Below are positions 17,276 through 24,715 of a DNA stretch of 64,000 bases, one piece after another. Both the position numbers and the translations under genes were made by a program. Where the stretch lies: NCBI GenBank assembly GCA_036382875.1, contig DASVPJ010000033.1, positions 1,660 to 65,659 on the forward strand. The letters are read 5' to 3'. Position 1 is the first letter of the stretch, and every line of letters begins with the position of its first letter. Below the pieces are notes generated by a model. That model saw nothing but the letters and a program-made list of their open reading frames with translations. It had not been told where the DNA came from and did no database searches. The DNA is from Mycobacteriales bacterium. GTDB taxonomy: Bacteria > Actinomycetota > Actinomycetes > BP-191.

Positions 17276-18526
17276 ATGCGCAAGACCCCCGTACGTCTCG
17301 CCGCCGCGGGCATCACGCTCGCGCTGGCCGCCGTCGCCTGTGGCGGCGACAGTCCCCGCGAGGTGGCCGAGCCGGCCGCCTCGCACGGCTCCACCGCTCC
17401 GCACTCCTCGTCGCCGGCCACCGCGACCGGCGGGTCCGACACCGCCGCCGCCGAGCTGCGGGCCGGGCTGACCAACCTGCTCGCCGACCACGTGTGGCTC
17501 GCCGGCAACGCGCTGGAGACCGCCGTGCTCAAGGGCGGCAACCTCAAGGACGCCGAGGTGCAGGGCGCGGTCAAGGCGCTCGACGCCAACTCGGTCGCGC
17601 TGTCGAAGGCGATCGCGAGCGTCTACCCGCAGGCCGAGAAGCCGTTCCTCGACTCGTGGCGCCAGCACATCGGGTTCTTCGTCGACTACACCCTCGGCAA
17701 GGCCACCAAGGACACCGCCAAGGTGGAGAAGGCGCGCAAGGACCTCGACGGCTACCGCACGTCGTTCGGCCAGCTCATCAACTCGGTCGTGCCCGAGCTG
17801 CCGGCCGACGCCGTGGCCGACGAGCTGACGCCGCACGTCGCGCTGCTGTTCACGGCGATCGACGCCGCGGTGGCCGGCGCGCCGGACTACCAGAGCAAGC
17901 TGAACGCCGCGGCGGCGCACATGCCGATGACGGCGGCGATCCTGGCCGGCGGCATCGCCAAGAACAAGGGCCTCGACGGCGACCCGGCGAGCAAGGCGGC
18001 CGAGCTGCGCGGCGGGCTCACCGGCCTGCTCAACGACCACGTGTGGCTCGCCGGCAACGCGCTGCAGACGGCGGTGCGCAAGGGCGGCGACCTCAAGGAC
18101 CCGTCCGTGCAGGGCGCCGTGAAGGCGCTGGACGAGAACACCGTCGCGCTGGCCAAGGCCGTCGCGAGCGTCTACCCGGACGCCGAGAAGCCGTTCCTCG
18201 ACTCGTGGCGGCAGCACATCGGGTTCTTCGTCGACTACACGCTCGGCAAGGCCACGAAGGACACCGCGAAGGCGACCAAGGCGACGAAGGACCTCGACGG
18301 CTACCGCACGTCGTTCGGCCAGCTCATCAACTCGGTCGTGCCGGAGCTGCCGGCGGACGCGGTCGCGGACGAGCTGAAGCCGCACGTGGCCACGCTGCTG
18401 GCGGCCATCGACGCGATGCTCGCCGACCCGCCGTCGGTGCAGGCGAAGCTCGCGACCGCCACGTCGCACATGCCGATGACGGCCGCGATCCTCGCGGGCG
18501 GCATCGCCAGGAACAAGGGCCTCTAG
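17276..18526 (+). CDS. Lipoprotein made of two tandem ~190-aa homologous domains, function unknown
   Basis: Lipobox LALAAVAC. Residues ~60-235 and ~240-416 are about 80 percent identical by eye (AAELR.GLT.LL.DHVWLAGNAL.TAV.KGG.LKD..VQGAVKALD ... HMPMTAAILAGGIA.NKGL). Confidence 0.8.
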   Translation: MRKTPVRLAAAGITLALAAVACGGDSPREVAEPAASHGSTAPHSSSPATATGGSDTAAAELRAGLTNLLADHVWLAGNALETAVLKGGNLKDAEVQGAVKALDANSVALSKAIASVYPQAEKPFLDSWRQHIGFFVDYTLGKATKDTAKVEKARKDLDGYRTSFGQLINSVVPELPADAVADELTPHVALLFTAIDAAVAGAPDYQSKLNAAAAHMPMTAAILAGGIAKNKGLDGDPASKAAELRGGLTGLLNDHVWLAGNALQTAVRKGGDLKDPSVQGAVKALDENTVALAKAVASVYPDAEKPFLDSWRQHIGFFVDYTLGKATKDTAKATKATKDLDGYRTSFGQLINSVVPELPADAVADELKPHVATLLAAIDAMLADPPSVQAKLATATSHMPMTAAILAGGIARNKGL

Positions 18527-18564
18527 CACCACCAGGCCCGAGCCGCGGCGCCCCGTCGCCGCAC

Positions 18565-18600
18565 GAACGCCCCTGCCCCCCGTCCCGGGCAGGGGCGTTC
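18565..18600 (+). terminator. Stem-loop terminator candidate after the duplicated lipoprotein gene
   Basis: Perfect 13-bp stem GAACGCCCCTGCC / GGCAGGGGCGTTC with a 10-nt loop, 39 nt after the stop. No T-tract, which is common in high-GC actinobacteria. Confidence 0.55.
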
Positions 18601-18678
18601 GCCTGTCCGTCCCGGGACAGCGTGCCTACACTGAGACGATCCGGTCGCGCAGGGCGGCCCGGCTGGAGCCGACCCCCC

Positions 18679-20052
18679 ATGACACTGCTCGAGCTGCCGC
18701 ACGACGAGGCCGAACGCCTCGCCGCCGTGCGCCGGTTCGAGATCCTCGACACGCCGCCGGACGGCACGTTCGACCGGATCACGGCACTCGCCGCCCGCCT
18801 GCTCGACGTGCCCATCGCGATCGTGAGCGTCGTCGACACCGACCGCGTGTGGTTCATGTCCAAGTACGGCATCGCGGGCGTCGACCAGGTCGGCCGCGAT
18901 CCGGGCCTCTGCTCGTCGGCGATCCTCGGGCACGAGCCGTGGATCGTGACCGACGCCGGGTCCGACCCGCGCACGCTGGCCAACCCGCTCGTCGCCGGCG
19001 AGCTCGGCCTCCGCTTCTACGCCGGCGTCCCCCTGACGACCTCCGACGGGCACAACCTCGGCGTCCTCTGCGTCATCGACAAGAAGCCCCGCACGATCGA
19101 GCCGGAGCAGGTCGACCTGCTGCGCGAGCTCGCCGGGCTCGTGGTCGACCAGCTCGAGCTGCGGATGCGCTCGATCGAGGTCGTCCGCAACGAGTCGGGC
19201 CTGCGTCGCGACGCCGAGACGCTGGCGTCGGCGCTGCAGGCCAGCCTGCTGCCGCCGCGCGCGCCCGTCGTGCCCGGCATGGACGTGGCGAGCCGCTACG
19301 TCGCCGGCGAGCGCGGCCTGTCCGTGGGTGGCGACTTCTTCGACGTGTTCCGGCTCGCGAGCAACGACTGGGCCGTCGTCCTCGGCGACGTCTGCGGCAA
19401 GGGCGCGCGGGCCGCGTCGCTGACCGCGCTCGCGCGCTGGACCGTCCGCGCCGCGTCGGTGCGGACGTTCTCGCCGCGCGAGGTGCTCGCCGACGTCAAC
19501 GACGTCCTGCTCGCCGACGGCGACGCCGACGACCACTACTGCACGATGGTCGTGGGCCGCGTCGAGCTCGACACCTGCGGCGCGTGGGTGACGCTCTCGT
19601 CGGGCGGGCATCCGCTGCCGATCCTCGTCCGCGGGAAGGGCGTCGTGGAGCAGCGCGGCGTCGCGTCGCTGCCGCTCGGCATGTTCCCGATGGTCGAGGC
19701 GTACGACCACCGCGTCGGCCTCGGCCCCGGCGACGCGCTCGTCTTCTACACCGACGGCATCACCGAGGCGCGGGCCGCGGACGGCGGGCTGTTCGGCGAG
19801 GAGCGGCTGATGTCGGTCCTCGCGGACTGCTGCGGGCTCAGCGCGGAGGAGACCGTCGCGCGGGTGGTGCACGCGGCGCGCGCGTACGCCGCCAACGGCC
19901 TCGGCGACGACGCCGCCGTGCTCGTCGTGCGGGTCCCCGAGGGGGCCGCCGCCGACCCGCTGCGCCGTCTCGAGGAGGCGACCGGCGTGCCGGCCGACGA
20001 GCTGCGCCTCCCCGGCTACCCCCACGGCACCCCCGCGGACGCCACGTGCTAG
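18679..20052 (+). CDS. GAF-domain PP2C (SpoIIE-type) serine phosphatase
   Basis: ATG at 18679. N-terminal GAF (ERLAAVRRFEILDTPPDGTFDRITALAARLLDVPIAIVSVVD). C-terminal PP2C motifs GGDFFDV, VLGDVCGKG, TDGITEA, DDAAVLVV. Confidence 0.9.
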   Translation: MTLLELPHDEAERLAAVRRFEILDTPPDGTFDRITALAARLLDVPIAIVSVVDTDRVWFMSKYGIAGVDQVGRDPGLCSSAILGHEPWIVTDAGSDPRTLANPLVAGELGLRFYAGVPLTTSDGHNLGVLCVIDKKPRTIEPEQVDLLRELAGLVVDQLELRMRSIEVVRNESGLRRDAETLASALQASLLPPRAPVVPGMDVASRYVAGERGLSVGGDFFDVFRLASNDWAVVLGDVCGKGARAASLTALARWTVRAASVRTFSPREVLADVNDVLLADGDADDHYCTMVVGRVELDTCGAWVTLSSGGHPLPILVRGKGVVEQRGVASLPLGMFPMVEAYDHRVGLGPGDALVFYTDGITEARAADGGLFGEERLMSVLADCCGLSAEETVARVVHAARAYAANGLGDDAAVLVVRVPEGAAADPLRRLEEATGVPADELRLPGYPHGTPADATC

Positions 20053-20927
20053 CCGAGCTCGCCGACCCCGTCGAGCGCGGCGCCCACGCCGTGCAGTTCT
20101 ACGACAGCGTCGACGCGCTGGTGCCGTCGGTCGCGCGGTTCGTCGGCGGCGGGCTGGCCAAGGGCGAGTGCGCGATCGTGCTGGCGCGGCCCGAGCACGG
20201 CGCGGCCTTCGAGGAGGCGATCACGGAGTCGGGCGTCGACATCGACGCGTGCGACGGCCGCTACCTCACGATCGACGCGACGGCGTTGCTGCCGGACTTC
20301 GACCTGCGGGCGTTCGCGGAGACCGTGGGCGGGCTCGTCCGCGGCCTCGCCGAGCCGGGGCCGCTGCGCATCTACGGCGAGATGGTCGCGCTGCTCGAGG
20401 AGACCGGCGAGCGCGAGGACGCCCTCGCGGTCGAGGGCTGGTGGAACGCGCTGCGCTCTCGCGTGCCGTTCACCCTGTTCTGCGCCTACCGGGGCTCGGC
20501 GCACGCGGACCTGGCCGCGACCCACGACCTGCACGTGCCGTCCCCGTCCCCCGGGCCCCGGCACGCGGGGCGGGTGACGAGGGCGTTCGAGCCGACGAGG
20601 TACGCGGTCCCGCTCGCCCGGCGGCTCGTCACCGACGCGCTCGAAGGGTGGGGCCTCGACCCCGAGGTGGCCACGCTCGTCCTCACCGAGCTCGCGACCA
20701 ACGCCGTCGAGCACACGACGCTGCGCTTCAAGGTGTCGGTGACGCGCCTCGGCCGGACGGTCAGGGTGGCCGTGTCGGACCAGTCGTCGCGGCCGTTGCC
20801 GCCGCCGTCGCCGCCCCCGGCGGTCGCGACGGGCGGGCGGGGACTCGTCCTCGTCGACGCGCTCGCGAAGGAGTGGGGCTGCGACGTGCACCGCGACGGC
20901 AAGACCGTCTGGGCCCTCGTCGGCTGA
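20046..20927 (+). CDS. MEDS domain fused to an RsbW/SpoIIAB-like HATPase (anti-sigma-factor-type Ser kinase)
   Basis: GTG at 20046 overlaps the phosphatase stop by 7 nt. The N-terminus HAVQFYDSVDALVPSVARFVGGGLAKGECAIV is MEDS-like. The C-terminus LTELATNAVEHT ... GGRGLVLVDALAKEWG is the HATPase_c_2 type. Confidence 0.8.
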   Translation: MLAELADPVERGAHAVQFYDSVDALVPSVARFVGGGLAKGECAIVLARPEHGAAFEEAITESGVDIDACDGRYLTIDATALLPDFDLRAFAETVGGLVRGLAEPGPLRIYGEMVALLEETGEREDALAVEGWWNALRSRVPFTLFCAYRGSAHADLAATHDLHVPSPSPGPRHAGRVTRAFEPTRYAVPLARRLVTDALEGWGLDPEVATLVLTELATNAVEHTTLRFKVSVTRLGRTVRVAVSDQSSRPLPPPSPPPAVATGGRGLVLVDALAKEWGCDVHRDGKTVWALVG

Positions 20928-20932
20928 CCGCG

Positions 20933-22693
20933 ATGCCGTCGGACCTGCTGTCGCGCCGCGACCTCGACTTCCTGCTCCACGAGTGGCTCGACGTCACGTC
21001 GCTGACGTCGCGCGAGCGGTTCAAGGAGCACGGCCGCGAGACGTTCGACGCGGTGCTCGACCTCGCGGAGCGGGTCGCGACCGAACGGTTCGCCACGCAC
21101 AACAAGAAGGCCGACGCGAACGAGCCGGTCGTCGAGGACGGCCACGTCCGCCTCGTCCCCGAGGTGAAGGAGGCGCTCGACGCGTTCGCCGCGACGGGCC
21201 TGATCGCGAGCACGATGGACGCCGAGGTCGGCGGCCTGCAGCTCCCGGCCTGCGTGGCGGCCGCCTGCTTCGCGTGGTTCCAGGCGGCGAACGTCGGCAC
21301 GAGCGCGTACCCGTTCCTCACGATGGCCAACGCCAACCTGCTCCTCGCGCACGGCACGCCGGAGCAGGTGGAGACGTTCGTCCGGCCGATGCTGGAGGGG
21401 CGCTGGCACGGCACGATGTGCCTTTCGGAGCCGCACGCCGGCTCGTCGCTCGCGGACATCACGACCCGCGCGGAACGCCGCGACGACGGGTCGTACCGGC
21501 TCCGCGGCAGCAAGATGTGGATCTCCGCAGGCGAGCACGACCTCGGCGAGAACATCGTGCACCTCGTCCTCGCGAAGGTGCCGGGGTCGCCGGCCGGCGT
21601 GAAGGGCATCAGCCTGTTCGCCGTCCCGAAGGTGCTGCCGGACGGCACCCGCAACGACGTCACGCTGGCCGGGCTGAACCACAAGATGGGCTACCGCGGC
21701 ACCGTCAACACGCTGCTCAACTTCGGCGAGCGGGACGGCGCGGTCGGCTGGCTCGTCGGCAGCGAGAACGACGGCCTCAAGATCATGTTCCACATGATGA
21801 ACGAGGCCCGCGTCGGCGTCGGCGCAGGCGCGACGGCGCTGGGCTACACGGGCTACCTGAAGTCGTTGCGCTACGCCAAGGAGCGCCCCCAGGGCCGGCC
21901 GGTCGACGCGAAGGACCCGGCCGCGCCGCAGGTGCCGATCGTCGAGCACGCCGACGTCCGGCGGATGCTGCTCGCGCAGAAGTCGTACGTCGAGGGCGCG
22001 CTGGCGCTCGTCCTCTACTGCGGCCGGCTGCTGGACGAGGAGCGCACCGCGGGCACCGACGAGGAGCGCGCCCGCGCCCACCTGCTGCTCGACACGCTGA
22101 CCCCGATCGCCAAGTCGTGGCCGTCACAGTGGTGCCTCGCCGCGAACGACCTCGCGATCCAGGTGCACGGCGGCTACGGCTACACCCGCGAGTACGACGT
22201 CGAGCAGCACTACCGCGACAACCGGCTCAACCCGATCCACGAGGGAACCCACGGCATCCAGGCGCTCGACCTGCTCGGCCGCAAGGTCGTCGCGGGCAAC
22301 GGCGCGGGGCTCGCCGCGCTCGCCGGCGTGATGACCGCGACCTGCGACCGCGGCGAGGCGGCGGGCGGCGAGGCGGCGGCGTACGCGGCGGCGTTGCGCG
22401 GGACCGTCACGCGGATCGCGGAGGTGACCGCGGCGCTCTGGGGGACCGGCGACGTGCGGCTCGCGCTGGCCAACGCGTCGGTCTACCTGGAGGCGGTGGG
22501 GCACGCGGTCGTGGCGTGGCTGTGGCTGGAGCAGCTCCTCGCCGCGGGGGAGGGGCAGGGCGCGTTCTACGACGGCAAGCGGGCGGCGGCGCGGTACTTC
22601 TTCCGCTGGGAGCTGCCGCGCACCGGGCCGCAGCTCGACCTGCTGGCGAGCCTCGACCGCACGACGCTGGACGTGGACCCGGAGTCCCTCTAG
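20933..22693 (+). CDS. Long-form acyl-CoA dehydrogenase (about 586 aa, with extra C-terminal domain)
   Basis: Motifs CLSEPHAGSSLADI, GSKMWISAGEHD, QVHGGYGYTREYDVEQHYRDNRLNPIHEGTHGIQ. Confidence 0.9.
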   Translation: MPSDLLSRRDLDFLLHEWLDVTSLTSRERFKEHGRETFDAVLDLAERVATERFATHNKKADANEPVVEDGHVRLVPEVKEALDAFAATGLIASTMDAEVGGLQLPACVAAACFAWFQAANVGTSAYPFLTMANANLLLAHGTPEQVETFVRPMLEGRWHGTMCLSEPHAGSSLADITTRAERRDDGSYRLRGSKMWISAGEHDLGENIVHLVLAKVPGSPAGVKGISLFAVPKVLPDGTRNDVTLAGLNHKMGYRGTVNTLLNFGERDGAVGWLVGSENDGLKIMFHMMNEARVGVGAGATALGYTGYLKSLRYAKERPQGRPVDAKDPAAPQVPIVEHADVRRMLLAQKSYVEGALALVLYCGRLLDEERTAGTDEERARAHLLLDTLTPIAKSWPSQWCLAANDLAIQVHGGYGYTREYDVEQHYRDNRLNPIHEGTHGIQALDLLGRKVVAGNGAGLAALAGVMTATCDRGEAAGGEAAAYAAALRGTVTRIAEVTAALWGTGDVRLALANASVYLEAVGHAVVAWLWLEQLLAAGEGQGAFYDGKRAAARYFFRWELPRTGPQLDLLASLDRTTLDVDPESL

Positions 22694-23253
22694 CGCGTCG
22701 CGCGGAAGCGGGCGACCTGCCCGAGCAGCGCCCGCGACACCTCGGCGCCGGAGAACCGGCGGACCAGCTCCATCCGCAGCGCGCCCTGGGAGAGCAGCCG
22801 GTGCGGCGACCCGTCGACGCGGTGGATCACCCGCGCGGTGCGGGTGTCGAGCAGGTCGTAGCCGAGGAGCACGCCGCCGGGCCGCAGCACGCGCGCGCAC
22901 TCCGCGACGACGTCCTCCCAGCGGATCGTGTGGTGCAGCATCAGGAACGACACCACCGCGTCGAACGAGCCGTCGGCGAACGGCAGCGCGGTCGCGTCGG
23001 CGACCTCGGCGGTGCCGCGTTCGGGCAGCCGCGCCGCGGCCGCCGCGACCATGTCCGGGTCGACGTCGGTCGCGGTGACCCGCACGTCGGGCCAGCGGCG
23101 CAGCATCGCCTCGGCCATCGCGCCGCTGCCGGCGCCGACCTCGAGCACCTCGCCGCGCGGCGTGGCGCCGCGGGTCGCCCACGGCAGCACCACGCGGGCG
23201 GCGAACGCCCGCCACGGCGCGCTGCGGCAGAACACCGCCTCGCCGCGCGACAT
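22690..23253 (-). CDS. Class I SAM-dependent methyltransferase
   Basis: ATG at 23253 (187 aa). SAM motif I VLEVGAGSGAM and post-I/II motifs DVD.., ADGSFDAVVSFLMLHH, LRPGGVLL. The upstream part of the 268-aa ORF overlaps a tRNA gene and was excluded. Confidence 0.85.
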   Translation of the reverse strand: MSRGEAVFCRSAPWRAFAARVVLPWATRGATPRGEVLEVGAGSGAMAEAMLRRWPDVRVTATDVDPDMVAAAAARLPERGTAEVADATALPFADGSFDAVVSFLMLHHTIRWEDVVAECARVLRPGGVLLGYDLLDTRTARVIHRVDGSPHRLLSQGALRMELVRRFSGAEVSRALLGQVARFRATR

Positions 23254-23276
23254 CTCCGGCACGAGCCGTTCCTCCG

Positions 23277-23351
23277 TGGGCCGCCAGGGACTTGAACCCT
23301 GAACCTGACAGATTATGAGTCTGCTGCTCTGACCGATTGAGCTAGCGGCCC
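23277..23351 (-). tRNA. tRNA with CAT anticodon (elongator Met, or Ile2 if lysidine-modified)
   Basis: Reverse complement GGGCCGCTAGCTCAATCGGTCAGAGCAGCAGACTCATAATCTGT...CAGGGTTCAAGTCCCTGGCGGCCCA. It has acceptor GGGCCGC/GCGGCCC, anticodon loop CTCATAA and T arm CAGGG-TTCAAGT-CCCTG. C4-G69/C5-G68 resemble the E. coli tRNA-Ile2 acceptor, so the identity is ambiguous. Confidence 0.88.
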
Positions 23352-23408
23352 TCGCCACCGGAGACGGTAACCGGCGAACCTCCCCGCGCGCCCGGGGCTC
23401 TATCCGGC

Positions 23409-24248
23409 ATGACGCGTTCCCGCCTCCCGATCCTGCTGCTGCTCGCCGTCTCCCTCGCCGCGCCGACGAACGCGTCGGCCGGGTGCACGTCGTCACCGCT
23501 CCCGGCGGACAAGCGCGCCGCGAGCGTCGAGTGCGACGGCGTCCACCCCGGCATGACGCTGATCGTGCCGAGCATGAAGTACGGCGACTACGAGTGCGGC
23601 GCGAGCTTCGCGTTCCGCGACCAGGCCGGCAACCGTTACCTCACGATGCCCGGCACGTGCTTCCTCGACTACGACTGCCTCGAGGACACCGTCAAGGACG
23701 TGCTGCCGCCGCCGCTCAACGAGGTCGTGCCGAACCTGCCGGTCTGCGTCGTGATGAGCGAGAGCGAGCTCGAGCCCGTCTACCGCAACGGCCCGGTCGT
23801 CCGCGACCTCAACGGCGCGCGGGTCGGCCGCATCGCGTACGCGGTCAACAAGGACGGCGTCGACCTGGCGCTGGTCCGCGTCGACAAGGGCGTGAAGCTC
23901 GACCCGGCGCTGCCGTTCTACGGGGGCCCGGTGCGGACGGGCACGCCGGGGGCGTTGGAGGAGACCTACGTCTACTCGCCGGCGCTGGGCCTGCCCGGCG
24001 CGCCGAACGCCCGCACCGGCCTGCTGCGCGGCGACGCCGAGTACGCGGAGGTCACGACCGAGGGCCTGCTGTCGCGGGCCAACGGCGCGTCGGTGATCCG
24101 GCCCGACGGCTCGGCGCTCGGCTACTTCACCGGCGGCGTGATGCTGACGGGCGGGTTCGCGACGCAGCCCCTCGGCAGCGCGATCGCCCGGGCGGAGCGC
24201 CGGACGCGGCTGCGCCTCTCGCTGATGACGGCGCCGCTGCGCGGCTGA
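23409..24248 (+). CDS. Secreted protein with degenerate chymotrypsin-fold (S1, alpha-lytic-protease-like) features; probably non-catalytic
   Basis: Signal peptide MTRSRLPILLLLAVSLAAPTNASA. CGASFAF and DLALVRV resemble S1 landmarks, but the positions expected for TAGHC and GDSGG read MPGTCF and ANGASV. Confidence 0.65.
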   Translation: MTRSRLPILLLLAVSLAAPTNASAGCTSSPLPADKRAASVECDGVHPGMTLIVPSMKYGDYECGASFAFRDQAGNRYLTMPGTCFLDYDCLEDTVKDVLPPPLNEVVPNLPVCVVMSESELEPVYRNGPVVRDLNGARVGRIAYAVNKDGVDLALVRVDKGVKLDPALPFYGGPVRTGTPGALEETYVYSPALGLPGAPNARTGLLRGDAEYAEVTTEGLLSRANGASVIRPDGSALGYFTGGVMLTGGFATQPLGSAIARAERRTRLRLSLMTAPLRG

Positions 24249-24265
24249 GGTGGACGATCCCCCCT

Positions 24266-24529
24266 GTGGGTGAGGAGCGCGCGGCCGGTACCCGGCTCCT
24301 GGTAGCCGGGTTCGCCGCGACGGCGGCGGGCCTCGCGCTGCTCGCCGTGGCGGCGGCGGTCGCGCTGCCCGACCCGCTCGTCGGCGCCGCGCTCGCCGCG
24401 GTGGCGGCCGGCCTGCTGGCGTTCCTCGCCGGGGCGTGGCGCCGGGCCAGGGCGACCGGCGCCGGCCTCGGGCGGACCGCGTGGCGCTCGCTGGCGGCGA
24501 CCCTGCGGATGCTCGCCGACCTCTTCTGA
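24266..24529 (+). CDS. Small two-helix membrane protein (hypothetical)
   Basis: GTG at 24266. 87 aa with two hydrophobic helices (LLVAGFAATAAGLALLAVAAAVAL; GAALAAVAAGLLAFLAGAW) and G/C third positions. The start is uncertain. Confidence 0.45.
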   Translation: MGEERAAGTRLLVAGFAATAAGLALLAVAAAVALPDPLVGAALAAVAAGLLAFLAGAWRRARATGAGLGRTAWRSLAATLRMLADLF

Positions 24530-24715
24530 GCGGCCCGCGCTCCCGGGTCCGGGTAGGGACCTAAGTCACCAATTTCGGGGGAGCCCCGCACGATCACGGC
24601 ACCGGCCGCGAGTTTTTTCCGTCGAACCCTCCCGAACCACCCCTGCCGCGACGATGCTGTGCCTCGCCGTGCGGACCGCTTTGGGCGCGCGGCTACGGGA
24701 GCAGGGGGTTACGCC

